From: Callorhinchus milii | Lineage: Eukaryota | DNA length: 64,000 nucleotides | Assembly (NCBI RefSeq): GCF_018977255.1 | Contig: NW_024704743.1 | Location: 44,828,001 to 44,892,000, forward strand | Direction: 5' to 3' | The notes under the pieces: model-generated | What the model saw: only the letters and a program-made list of their open reading frames with translations | Told to the model about the DNA's origin: nothing | Databases searched by the model: none | Shown here: positions 24,410 to 36,950 of the stretch, one piece after another | How positions within the stretch are numbered: the first letter of the stretch is position 1 | Layout: the number at the start of each line of letters is the position of its first letter | Program-made: the position numbers and the translations under genes

Positions 24410-24624
24410 TCCCAGGGGTAATAATCCCTCCAAAAAATAAATAAATAATTGGTCACTCAACCCAAGACTATTTGTGGGACATCACTTTGCGCAATAGGCT
24501 ATTGCATTTCGCCCACAAAACACACAGTCACTACACTTTACAGTGTATCCTGTTAAGCGCTTTGAGATATCTAAACGACATGATAAGGCGCTATATCAAA
24601 TGCAAGGATTATTATAATTATTAT
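24410..24624 (+). mobile_element. SINE 3' half
   Basis: AATTGGTCACTCAA...GCGCTATATCAAATGCAAGGATTATTA. Confidence 0.85.
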
Positions 24625-25289
24625 CTTCCAACTGTATCAAGGACTGAAAACATTAAACATAAAACTTGCCAAAGAAAAAGCACCGCACGAAATACCAGTT
24701 TCCTTTTTTAAAAAAGTAATTGGGGTTAATAACTTGAGGCAAGGATTGATATGATCTATTTCCTTGATAAATAAATGATAACATTTCTGAGAGAAGAGGA
24801 ATGAAGCTTGCTTGAAAGTTCAAAAGCTATATTTAAATGCAGTATGTTACTAACTGTACTTTGAACTTGGAATCTAAATCATGCTGTACAATGTGTGTTT
24901 GATAATACACCGGTGCAATCTATTAGATCTGTATAGCGTATAGAGATGAAGATGCAGTTACAATCTCTGTAGATGTAATTTAATGCTAAGAATTTTAATG
25001 AATTAAATGAGTCCAGTTGGGTGTGGTGGAGGAAGACTGGAGATTTACTGATGGGGACGGTTTTGTGCCATTTGTCAGACATTCTCAGCTCTGCACTCTG
25101 CACCTGAAATGTTTCGGGAACCTAGATGCTCAATGACTGGTGACATAGGAATCTCTCGATGATATTTTTAGGAATTTAGGAAGACAGGAACAAGGCATAG
25201 GGTCCATTAAACCTGTTTTCTTATCAGATCTTTTAATCCCAATATCCTGCTCTTTTGTACCTCTACGACCCAAGTGACTGGATCTGGAT

Positions 25290-25455
25290 CTAATAATATA
25301 ATAATGATAATAATCCTTTCAGTGGTTATAGTGTGATTCAGGTCAGGAGGACATCTCAAAGCACTTCAAATGATATAATGCGAAGTGTGGTGACTGTATT
25401 TTGTGGGCAAACGTGGCAACCAATTTGCACACAACAATGTCCCACAAACAGGCAT
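25290..25455 (-). mobile_element. SINE 3' fragment
   Basis: CAATTTGCACACAACAATGTCCCACAAACA. Confidence 0.7.
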
Positions 25456-26639
25456 GACATGATGTTATCTAGGATATTTTTAACTGTAATGTTATTGTCG
25501 TGTTGTGACTGATTCATAGATCCTTGGTTCAAAAGTGGAGTCCAATTTGCAATATGGACACAACAGGTGAGAGGCAGTAGTTTGAGGCCACCGTGGACTT
25601 TGAGCAGTGAGCAATTGCTGCCTGAGTGGTCAGATTGGGGCTTACGATTTTTGAAAGCTGTGGAAAGGCAAAAAAAAGGCCAAAGAGCAAAGCAGAGGGC
25701 CGTGGAGAAGTGGTATTTTGCCTTTCTTTCAGTGTTTTAGTAACTTTCAAAAATCACGATCACTGCTGTTCACTTTTGGCAAATATTACAAATTAGACCC
25801 TTATGTTTCAAATAATTTTTCGGAGGTTTATAATGCAAGCGTCGCAACCAAGCCAATAGTGATCTCAACATGATCATGTGTTTCTTCGTTTGGAAATGTT
25901 GTCATAATAATAATTATCCTTACATTTGGTATATTTCACGGCAGAGGATGCCTCAAAGCACTTCTCAGGATTCATTGTAAAGTGTAGTACAGATGATTTC
26001 TAGATCTCCATTATCACTGTCTTGCTTGAAGTTTATTGCATTCAAATAGTCATTTTAAAAACAAATTGTGGTTACATTGTTGGCCCATTCATATCCTTAA
26101 CTAGAAAAACACAATTAATATCTACCAGACCAGACCCTGGCGGTATCTTCTGACATATAGAGCACTATCCACATCTGTGTCACCAGCTGGTAGACAGATT
26201 TTGGTTTGCTCTTTAGTCTGTCGGGTCTTGGCTTGCACTTTATTTATATATTATCCCTGTCTAACATTTAATGCATTTAATGTTCAACAATGAGCGACCT
26301 TTTCTTGTTTTCCGATACGCACTGAACTTAGAAGAACCAACAATGAAGATATTTATTGCAATATGATGGCGATCTTTCTGCATTCACCATTTTCTGAAAA
26401 ATCTCTTCTCTTCATTGCGTTCAAATTGTTTTAAAATAATAAGAGGAAACTTTACTTAAAAATGTAATAATAATAACAACTTGCAATTACATGGTGCTCT
26501 TCACACAGGATAGCATCTCAGAGCACTGCTAGAAAGATAATCACATTATCTCAGATAATGTTGAAATGTCACAAAATTTATCTAATGACACTTAACATAC
26601 AAATTACACTTGGACAGTGGTGCTTATGTTGACTTGAGG

Positions 26640-26730
26640 TACAGATAAACCATGATCTTATAGAATGGTAGAACAGGCTTGAGGTGCTGAATGGCCTACT
26701 CCTGTTTTTATGTTTCAATGTTCCTATGTA
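26640..26730 (+). mobile_element. CR1 3' tail
   Basis: CCATGATCTTATAGAATGG..AACAGGCTTGAGG..CTGAATGGCCTACTCCTG...GTTCCTATG. Confidence 0.7.
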
Positions 26731-26944
26731 ACATGGCATTGCTTGTCAAGCCATTCAGACTATTTTTCCTGTCTTTAAATTCTGGCCACATGAGACACTA
26801 TATTGATTTCCTAGACTACTTCAACCAATGTATTAATGCCAAGAACATATTGAAAGCTTTTTAATTTAAACAAGCATCCTCATGCCACTTAATTATTTAC
26901 TTAATTTTGCACCTGTAGTTTGTTTCTCCTAAAATATAATTAAA

Positions 26945-27448
26945 AACATTATCCTTGCATTTGATACAGTGATTTCACATCAGGAGGATGTCTCAAAGCA
27001 CTTGACAGGATATACTTTGAGACGTCTTATTGATGTGATAAGGCACTGCATCGAGTGCAAGGATTATTATTATACATATAGTGCATGTACGTTTTGTAGT
27101 CAAATGTAGCAGCCAATTTGCCCACAACCATATTCCACCAGTGGCCATGTAGTCAATGGCTACTTTTTTTTTCTGAGAGATTATAAGACAGGACAGTAGA
27201 AGAAAGTCCATCCTCTTTCCAAATCGTACCATGGGATTTTTAACATCCATCTAAAAGAGGTAGGTGGCACCTCAGTCCTAACCCTAACATTTCATTCAAA
27301 GGATGGCACCGCTAACAATGGAGTACATCCCCAGTATTACACTGGTGTGTCAGCCTAGACTATATAAGTTAAATTTCCAATATGAGACTTGAACTCATAT
27401 GGCTCTGACTCAGAAGTGAAAACACTATGAACTGAGCCAAGCTGACAC
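26945..27448 (-). mobile_element. Older SacSINE1/DeuSINE-like SINE with extra tail fragments
   Basis: GTGTCAGCCTAGAC and AACTGAGCCAAGCTGACAC; tails of both orientations at 26945-27075. Confidence 0.65.
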
Positions 27449-27910
27449 CAGCTGTAACTTATGATCCATCCAGAGTTTGGTTTAGGTACCAATTTGTTAT
27501 TTTTACCATCAGTACAAACATAAGACATGGCAATTAGCAAGAATTGAAGTGGTTTGTTCCTGTTTGTCAAGTTGTGTGTTGATGGCTTCATTTACCATTA
27601 GAGGAAAATGACGATCTGAAGGAATGCACAAAAATGTTCCAGGGGCATATTGCATTGGTTGCACTTTTACTGCCAAAGTGCTTTAACAGGGACATGTAAG
27701 ACCAGTGGCAGCGGTAATGGGGGCGCGGGGGGCCTTTAGGTATATGTATGATGCCTTTTCAAGCATATTATGCAGTTATTAATTGCTGGTGATTGCTTGG
27801 AGTGAGTTTAAAACAAAGCTCGATTGTTTCCAGCTGCGGTTTGAGCGTTTGGGGGGAATTGGCTGACTGGGGGGGAAGGGCTGCTGGGAAATGTATGCAA
27901 CCTGCAGAGC

Positions 27911-27924
27911 CCACAAGATGGCGG
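27911..27924 (+). promoter_or_regulatory. Candidate CTCF and/or YY1 site in a locally GC-rich patch
   Basis: CCACAAGATGGCGG fits the CTCF core and contains the YY1 motif CAAGATGGCGG. Motif match only. Confidence 0.3.
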
Positions 27925-28619
27925 TGGCCGTCTCATACAACTCCATACCCAGCTGGTGCTGGGGCAATACTGATGACCCATCGCACCTGACTCCCCACCC
28001 CGTCCCTCCCCCCACCCAGTTGAAAAAATTGTGCAACGATTTCCTCCAAGTCGTGTCAGTGAAGTGAAAAAGAACGATGAAAATCAAAATTGATTGATAG
28101 AAATGTGAAATATAAACAGAAAATACTAGAATGGCACTACATGTCAATCAGCAACTGAAGATGACAGAATGTTAACATGTTACTATGCATTTTGGTGTTC
28201 AACTGCTGGCTTCCCCTTTATTTTCTTAAAGGTAAATTCAACAACAACACCGACAAGATTACATTTGTATAGCGCCTTTCAAATCAGGAGGACGTCCCAA
28301 GCCACTGGACAGTGTACAGCATTTCAGTATTTCCATTAGAATTGCCTGTGAAGCTCTTTGAGCCATTTCAACATTATAGACACAAAATCAAAAGCAAGGA
28401 TTATTCTTATTCTTATGTCACATTTACCCTTTGATGGATCTACTTTGAAAATTATAGAGAAAACAGCTGTATTATTCTTTTAGTTCACCGTGGTTATTTC
28501 TCCTGAAATCTTGTCATTGAAAGAGCAGGCTTTGTATGAAGAAATGTTTTCAAACCTTCCTTTCAGTCAGCGAAGGAGAAAATGGAAAAAAAAAGTGTAA
28601 TTTTTGTAATGATTTAACG

Positions 28620-29564
28620 ATCTTTCCTCGCCTCTGTTAAATCGTCCTTCTATCTCAACATAATCTTGGATGCCAAGAAGAATCCCAAGCTTCTCTTCTC
28701 CACTACCAACCAGCTCCTCTGTCTATCCTCTCATGCCTCGCTCATCCTCTCCTCCAACTCCAACTACGAGGAGATGCTGGATTTAATCTGTTCAGCTGCC
28801 TCCGCCCTCCCAACTGCCACCCCCTCCTCATCTCTCCCTCACACTTCAGTCCCTCCGCATCTCTTCCTCCACACCTTCAAACCTGTCTGCCCCTCCCCTC
28901 TCAACACCATTATAACCACCGCCTGCTCCCTCGACCCCATCCCTACCCCTCTCCTTACCTCCCAGATCCATCTCTTCACTCACCCCTTTACTCTCAGACC
29001 TCATCAACCTTTCCCTGTCACCTGACAGTGTTCACCGCACCCACCCCCCCCCACTAAAAACTGCTGTCATCATTCCAATCCTAAAAAAAACCTTCCCCGG
29101 ACTAATTCCTGCTCACTAACTACCACTCCATCTCCAACCTCCCCTTCCTTTCCAAGGTCTTGCTTACCAGCTTCACTCCTTCCTCTCCCACCACTCCCTT
29201 TACGACCCCCTCCAATTGGGTTTCCGTGCAGCCCACAGCACAGAAACAGCCCTGGTCAAGGTGACAAATGACTTTCTATCCATCTATGACCAGATCTCCC
29301 TTTGTCTCCTCGTCCTCCTCGACCTCTCTGCTGTCTTGGACACTATGGCCCACTCTATCCTCCTTTCACTTTAACTTTCAAGGTTCTGTCCTTGAATGGT
29401 TCAGATCCTATCTCTCACACTGTCTTCACTTCATCTCCATAAATGGCTTCTACTCTAGCCCCTACACCATCTTGTGCGGTGTTCCTCAGGGCTCTGTCCT
29501 TGGTCCCCTCCTCTTCAATATCTATATGATCCTTCTTGGTGACATCATCCACAGACATGGGGTC
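28620..29564 (+). mobile_element. Internal L2 fragment (tether to RT)
   Basis: [19 protein letters not shown] sequence and [16 protein letters not shown]. Confidence 0.88.
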
Positions 29565-29799
29565 TTTATGAGCTCAGTGATTTTAATGGTTGTTGCAGAT
29601 CTAATTTAAGTCCTTTTTGTTTTAGTAATTGAATGTTTTTGTCTGATTTCTTCACCATTTGCCACTGACTGCTTATAGCTGAGGCCGTTTGTCGTTCCAT
29701 TTCTAGGACTTTGTCATACTGCTTTGTAACCAGCTCCTGTGAGATGCACAAAGTGGATGAAAGATGAATCTCCTTCTATGAGTAGAAGAATAAGAGTAA

Positions 29800-30590
29800 G
29801 AATAGAAAATACATGTACTCCATGGATGCGATAGAACTTTCCATGATAGAAGCTGAAAGAGATCTGGGGATCGTAGTTGAATTATAGCTCACCATGTCAA
29901 AATAGTGTGAGGTAGCAATAATAATACAATAATAAAAGAATCCTTGCATTTGATAGAGCGCCTTATCACGTCTTCGAGACATCTTAAAGCGCTCCACAGA
30001 ATATACTGTAAAATGTATTGACTGTATATTTTGTGGGTGAAACGCGGCTGCCAATTTCACACAGCAGTATCCCACAAACAGTTGTGGATTGCGTGACTAA
30101 TTTATTATCATTATTATTATTTTGAAGGAATTATTACCACTGGAAAAGTGATTCGCCAATCGACTAACAACTGGGTTACTACTTACTGCTCGGTAAACAG
30201 AGGCATGTGGAATAAGGAAACTTGCCCAATGTTTCGCCCTGCCGGGAATCGAACCCAGGTCTCTCGCTTGCGAGATGAGTGCTCTAACCACTGAGCTACA
30301 GGACTCCATATCAAGGCAAATAGGATGCTGGACTATATTGCTAAATCAGTGGAATTCAGAGCCCCATACTCAGGCTCTATAGTGCTCCAGTTAGGCTGCA
30401 CCTAGAGTACTGCATACAGTTCTGATCATCTGCCAGTAGGAGAGCAACAAGGACGATTCCCAGCGTTAGAGGATTGAGCTAAGAGCAATGATTAGACAAG
30501 CTGGGGCTCTTCAGTCAGAGAAAGAGACATCTAGGACCCTATAGAGGTATATAGGTTCCCTATAGAGATATATACATTAAAATGACATTG
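29800..30590 (+). mobile_element. CR1 ORF2 fragment interrupted by a SINE
   Basis: [10 protein letters not shown] before the SINE; KANRMLDYIAKS, VRLHLEYCIQF and LDKLGLFS after it. Confidence 0.8.
29918..30309 (-). mobile_element. tRNA-Ala-derived SINE, long subfamily, full length
   Basis: Complete head (GGAATCGAACCCAGG...GCTACAGGACTCCA), long body and tail. Confidence 0.92.
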
Positions 30591-30640
30591 AAATTTGAAT
30601 TAGTTTCAAATTATTGAAATTGAGAAATGTGCTATAATAA

Positions 30641-30778
30641 TAATATCCGAAGTCACTGGGAACACTCAGCAGGTCAGGCAGCACCTAAATTCGTAGATGC
30701 TGCCTGACGTGTTCATTGTTCCCAGCGACTTCGGTTATTGTTTCAGATTTCCAGCATCTGCAGTATTTTGAGTTTTGT
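30641..30778. repeat. Palindromic hairpin element, probably a Penelope-like terminal repeat remnant
   Basis: Arms CCGAAGTCACTGGGAACA..GTCAGGCAGCACCTA and TAGATGCTGCCTGAC..TGTTCCCAGCGACTTCGG. The Penelope assignment is from memory of chondrichthyan repeats. Confidence 0.7.
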
Positions 30779-31249
30779 TATAATAATAATAATAATAATA
30801 ATCATTTTGTGTTATATTACCTTTCACATTGTCAAGACATCTCCAATTGCTTCAAGGGATTCACTATAAAGTGTAGTTATTTTGAATGCATTAATTAATT
30901 AAATTTGAACAAAGACATTTTTAAAATTGAGTGTAATTAATGGACTCTTGTATTTGGAGACTTCTTTTTGTCTGAAGACCTCAACAATCGTGGTTAAGTC
31001 GAAGCTGTCTCTATGAAGAGCCAGGTAGAAGAGATCTCATGCAATTTCACAGAAAGCAATCCTGAATGTCCAATTAAGTTTGACTTTTTTTTGCAGAATA
31101 TTCCAATATCAAGTGTTTTTTTAAAAAAAAAGACCCGTGCATGCGTTTACATTCTTCAACGTTGCCAAAAATAAATAGGAAAGAGAAAATTCTATTCACA
31201 TGACATTCCTGTCAATCAGCCACTCTGTTGCTGTTGCACAGTAGTCAAC

Positions 31250-31960
31250 TGTTTCAGCACAAGTGAGCTTCAATTGGCCTATTCAACTCTACTCAAACGG
31301 AAAGATGCATAGTGTCATGAAGTCTCTTAAGATTAGGACATAAATGCTTTTATGGTGATATTTTTTGGTTAGCTGGGGGTCTGACACATGCAAAAATCTA
31401 TCACCATGCTTCAGAGTATCCAAACCACACTGAGAGTTCCCTGCATCCCACCTACACATGGAAATTGCAGCGATATTTATTGGAATGAGATGCATATTCT
31501 CCCCCTGGAAGATGCATCCTACTTACTTAATTGCAGAGGTTGGCAAGAGCCAAGGCTGGGGGACCCCAGAGTGTGCGTTGGGGTACTGCTGGAGTCAAAC
31601 CAGTTAAAACACCATAAGTTGCCATTGAAAGCACAATCTGAAAGCTTTCCCATTACTTGATCAGCTAGGATCACGTTAGCCACGAGGGCTCTGATTTCAT
31701 TATTAACAAGAGCTGAACAGGAAGAATCCATACCCCAAGTGACTGGTTTATCCTTCCAGTCCCCATGAAGAGCCAGGCTAGCTGGTCTGTCATCAACAGT
31801 CCCCTAGAGAGGTTCAGGAACTGGACTTCTGAGACCACCACAGAAGGTTGGCTCAATCTTGGCATTCCATTGCCAAACATGTTATCTTTGGAGCCAGTTC
31901 AGCACCAAGGAGACCCTGTTTACCTCCCTAACGAGGATAGTCACTAACTGGTTATTTGGC
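31250..31960 (-). mobile_element. Ancient unassigned repeat, possible RTE-like LINE 5' region (copy 3, longest uninterrupted)
   Basis: Collinear with 58525-59150 and with the reverse complement of 59560-60430; degraded APE-like motifs (ITIKAF/VLILRD, ELNRPIEA/AET) follow the A-rich tract on the minus strand. Confidence 0.6.
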
Positions 31961-32822
31961 ATCTGACAAGCGCGGGTTTGAGCCATCGCTAGGTGGTTGG
32001 CAGGTACCAGAAACTTTCTCTGAGCTGCTTGATAACACAGTTCAGCATGAAATGTGAAAGAGCATTGCCATCATCTTCCTACCCACGGCTCCGACACACA
32101 TCCTTTCTCATTGAGCAAGTTGGAGGTGCAGAGTTTGAGCAGCAGCTACTTTGTTCTCTTCTAAACGAACAATCAAGGTGGATTCTAAGCCTTTTATGTT
32201 GACTGAGTGTGACATTCATCCCAGACGTATTTCTGCCGGGGTATTTAGATCCCTATCATTTTCCGATGTAATGCTATATTAATATAAATTACCACTATTG
32301 CGCATTTACCTTTCAGCTGTAGTGCAAGAGCATTAATTTATAATGCCTAGATGAGTTACTGTTCATGCCTACATGTCAAAGTGGACATAACTCTTTAAAA
32401 TAACCAACCCTCATACTGCCAATAAAAAGAACTGTCAGCACCAGACTTCAATATATTTTCTCCACCTATAAAATGATGCAAATGTTCACTGGTGATTGTA
32501 AATGACAAAATAACCCTCCATCTATTAGTTCATTGCTGCAGGTGTCTTCAAAGTCAGCAGAGGAGGAGAAAGGGAAGGTGATAACCACCATATGGATTCA
32601 TCGACCCCATATTAAATATATGGCCTTCAGAGACAATGCAAATTTTGAGACTCAGAAAGGCTGTTATGATTATGCATTTGATACTATGGTCATTTCTTTC
32701 TATAGCATTGCCTATGGTGATAAAGGGATCCTTTAACCATCACTTTCTATACAGCTGATGCACTTCAAATTCCAAACTGTCCATTCATGAAAGAAGCAGA
32801 AACATGTTGTTTACCTGAAAAG

Positions 32823-33050
32823 TGTGTCAGCCTGTCTCAGTTTGTAGCACTCTCACCTCTGAGACAGAAGGCTGTGGGTTCAAGCCCCATGTCAGAACCT
32901 TGAAATATAACACTACAGTGCAGTGCTGGCTGGGGTGGGGAGGTGGGGGGTCGGTTAGTGGCGAGCATTGTTTAAAGGACCATCCTTTGGAATGAGATGT
33001 TAAAACTGAGGCCCTGTCTTCATGTTCAGGTGGACGTTAAAGCTATTCAT
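32823..33050 (+). mobile_element. SacSINE1-like 5' part abutting an L2 fragment
   Basis: GTGTCAGCCTGTCTCAGTTTGTAGCACTCTCACCTCTGAG..GGGTTCAAGCCCCA. Confidence 0.7.
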
Positions 33051-33059
33051 TTATAGCTG

Positions 33060-33955
33060 GTTATACCTCGACCTCTCTGATGCCTTTGACATTGCCTACC
33101 ATTCTATCTTCCTACATTGCCTCTCCTCTCAGCTCAATCGTCGTGGACCTGCCCTTGCCTGGTTCCAAACCTACCTCTCCCACTGTCTCCACTTGTTGCC
33201 ACTAATGGCTTCTCCTCCAATCCCCTTACCGTCACATGTGGCATGGCTCAGCACTCTGTCCTTGGTCCCCTCCTTTTCAATATCTATATGCACCCCCTTG
33301 GTGACATCATCCACAGATATTGGCTCAACTTCCACATGTATGAGGATGACACCCAACTCTATCTCTCTGCCTCCACACTTGACTCCAGGACCACGGCTAT
33401 CCTCACAGACTGACGGTCGGACATCAAGTCCTGGATGAAAGCTAACTTTCTGCAGTTGAATGTCAACAAGACTGAGGCCCTCCTGGTGGCTCCCATTAGC
33501 ACCTCAGGTGCTGACAGTATCTCCCTCCATGGCTGCACTCTACATCTCATGGAGCCAATACGGAACCTCAGCGTCCTGTTTCACCCTTAACTGTCCTTCA
33601 TACTCCACATCCGTGCAATGACCTGCTCTGCCATTCTACACCTCCGCAACATCGCCCGGCTCCACCACTGTCTCACACTGCAGGCCGCCGCGACCCTCAT
33701 ATACACATTCATCACATCCAGGCTCAACTATGCAAATTGCCTGCTTGTTGGCCTCCCTACCTTCTCTCTTCATGGACTGTAGATCATCCAGAACTCTGCA
33801 GCCCCTGTCCTCTCTCATACCAGGCTCCACGACTCTATCACCCCCATGCTCGCCCGACTCCACTGGATTCCGCTCACACAGAGGAACAATTCAAGATCCT
33901 GGTCCTCATTTTCAAAGCCCTCAAGGACCTTGCTCCCCCTACCTCTGTGACCTCT
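33060..33955 (+). mobile_element. L2 RT fragment
   Basis: LDLSDAFD and FHMYEDDTQLY motifs. Confidence 0.88.
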
Positions 33956-34504
33956 GTCTGGTCTGGAGACTATTTAAACATGGTAAAGAGTTTCTGCAAG
34001 TGTCAAACAACCGGCTAACCAAAAACCCTCATGCAGGTTACAAAACGGTTTGGTTGGTTAAATATTACATTTGATATTTATAGAAGGCAGGGATCTATGC
34101 TGATTATGTTTATTACTTATGAGACCATAAAAAAAGCTCTTTCATATGTACCAGGATTAATACTTTCAGAAAAAACCAACATCTGCTCCTTCTAATCTGC
34201 AGTGGCTTCCATGGAGAAAGAATTGGGCTGCTATTTCCTCAGCATGTGTTTGCATTCAGTCTCGTGATTTGCCTGAGTTCATTGAACTTTTTCTAAACAT
34301 CTTTCTATGTTTTATGACTGTAGGAATGGCGCTGATTATACTGTTTACCTCTGGCTATGCACATCCAGACTCAGTGAGAGACAAATTTTTTTTGTTTGAA
34401 ATACACAAAATTGTCATTCATTGTCAACTGCTTATTTCCATTCAGCATGAAAACTTTCCATGGCTAAGTCATACGCTTGAAGACGATGACATTACATTAC
34501 GTAT

Positions 34505-34955
34505 GAAACAATAACTTGCACATATAGCGCTCTCCCCGAAGGATAGTCTCTCAAAATGGTGGAGCCTGACTCCGAGCCGGAGGGAGGCGGGGCGGAGGTG
34601 GCCGAAAGCACGGTTGAAGAGGAAAATGTTCAGGTGGGACTTGAAAAAGGGAGGGGGCAAGGCGGAGGGATTGAGGGAGAGTGTTCCAGAGTTTTGGGGT
34701 GTAGTGGCTGAAAGCGTGACCTCCCATGGTGGGACGAGGGTGTGAGGGACGAGCAGGAGGCCGGTGCCAGTCGAGCGGAAGCTCCGGGTGTTGGATTGGG
34801 GAGTGAGGAGATCAGAGAGGTAGAGAGGTGCCAGAGAGTGAAGGGATTTGAACATGATTGTGAGGATCTTGAAGTCGATCCGTTCAGTGATGGGGAGCCA
34901 GTGGAGCCTGGCTAGAATTGGTGAGATGTGGGTACGGAGTTTGGTCCGGGTCAGT
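34505..34955 (-). mobile_element. L2 3' end (divergent subfamily)
   Basis: HISPILARLHWLPITERIDFKIL and FKSHLNIFLFNRAF. Confidence 0.85.
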
Positions 34956-36099
34956 GTGAAACAGCTAGTCATTGAGGAAAACCTATGGATGAGCTCCTTG
35001 GTTTTGGGCCTTTGGATATTAATGCTCAAAAATACAGCCATTAACCAATTGAGGTCATGTTTCTCAAGGCCCCAGGAAAAATGTATAACATCCATTACTA
35101 AAGATTGATCATACTACAGCTAAAGGCACTGCAGACTATAGACTACTAAATGGTCAAGAATTGAATGAATACTCATCACTAAGCCACTGGTAAATACACA
35201 ACTTACCATTTTTGATGTGATTCCAGTTAAGAATGTCAGAAGCCCACTCCCCCGTCACCATTACAGCAGAAAGTGGTAATAGTTTTAGAAAATGTGACTG
35301 TCCATAAGGAGAAAGGCATTGTGTCTCATTATATGTGTAGCTTGCTGTCCTTGATGCAATGATCTGTCACAAGAGACACAAACATCCCAAAACCTGATGT
35401 GGCTTGAATTACACAGAATAAATCTTGGCATTTGTGGATAAACCACTTGGTGTCAGAACCAAAATCTTCTGGGTTTGAGGTACAGTTCAATGCTTGAAGT
35501 ACTCTGGAGCAGAATAAGATGTACACTCTCTAACTTTGACAGCTTCATTAGACTGCAGATATTTGTCTCTGTTCCCTAATGTTTGAATAAAGATATTTTA
35601 TGAACAGTAGCACCAATGACATCCAAGCTTAAATTTACCATTTGTGTTTGTTTGCCGATGCATTTACTTTAGAGTTAGTGACAAAGAAATTGTTCTGCTA
35701 TATTGTTTAGTTAAAAGTCAAGCACACAAAAGAAAATTAAAATGGTTACCATATTCATTTGAAATCTCTGATGTGCTTCCCATACATATTTTCCTGTTAC
35801 TTTGATGTTATTGTACTATATTGTAGCATAATTATTTTACTAAGTGAAAAAGCTGTTTGCTATGCTCTGCAGATTCTGGTTTGGAATTTCCAAGGAAATT
35901 AAGACTGATATCAAATTTAACTCATTAGTTGCTGAGTTCTACATTAATTCAGAAATCCCAAACTCATTATGTTTTTTTCTCTAAGATTTTTGTCCTCATA
36001 AAATTAAGCTGATGCAAATTGTTTTATTTTGCTCTGGGTTTCTAAAGAATTGAGGAAAAATATCTTCAAATTAAGGACAGTATTGAGGAATTTTATATT

Positions 36100-36325
36100 A
36101 AAAATATAAGGCTAAGACCATGAAAAATTTAGGTTTACGCTGCCCCGAAATTCACCTGGTCTAAGCCTTAAAATCATTGTCTTAAAGTTTAAGAATATGT
36201 GGGATGTTGAAAAATTCAATTAATCTTAATTTGGAGAACAATTATAATTGGTTGTTAAAAATAATCTGTAGAAAAACAATGATTCAAAATTTTCAAAATT
36301 CTGCACAACCTTAAATTTGGGCTAT
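36100..36325. mobile_element. AT-rich MITE-like termini in inverted juxtaposition
   Basis: AAGGCTAAGACCATGAAAAATTTAGG and CCGAAATTCACCTGGTCTAAGCCTT are inverted; related sequence at 600-695 and 62600-62832. Confidence 0.5.
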
Positions 36326-36624
36326 TAAGGCAACAATCAAATTATTTCGCAGCAGATCCTATTTACTAGTGTTGTAATAATTATCTGATATTTATGAATG
36401 GTTCAAATTGTCAGCTACGTTTGTCAATTGGAGCAATATGTTGCGTAATCTGGACCAAACCATGTGTTTGTTACTTCGCCAAATACTACACATGAAATAT
36501 TTAATCCACAGGTCAATGTACCATAACAGCAGATCTCTTCTGCCAATGATGACTGTTGCTTTGAAATTTACTGAAATATACATGTACATACATAACACTG
36601 ATTGAATTGGCAATGTAAGGCATC

Positions 36625-36950
36625 ATCAACATTGTCAGAGGTGCCATTCTCTGGATGAGATGTAAAACTGAGGTCTTTTCTTCTTGTTCAGGTGGACTTT
36701 AAAGTTCTTATGGCACTATTTGAAAAGAGAAGGGTATTTCACCTAGTGTCCAGGCCAACAATCCTGACCCAAATAAAATTGGTCATTCATTTCATGACAT
36801 TTGTGGGTCTCTGCATGTGTAATTGTGCTGCCGCATTTGCCTATAAATACATAGTCACGTAATTTTACAGTAATTCCAGAAAAGTGCTTTGAGACGTCCT
36901 TTTGTCGTGATCAAGTGCTATATCAGATGCAAGGATTATTATTATTATTA
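36625..36950 (+). mobile_element. SacSINE1/DeuSINE-like body and tail
   Basis: CATTGTCAGAGGTGCC...GGATGAGATGTAAAACTGAGG...GTTCAGGTGGAC. Confidence 0.7.
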
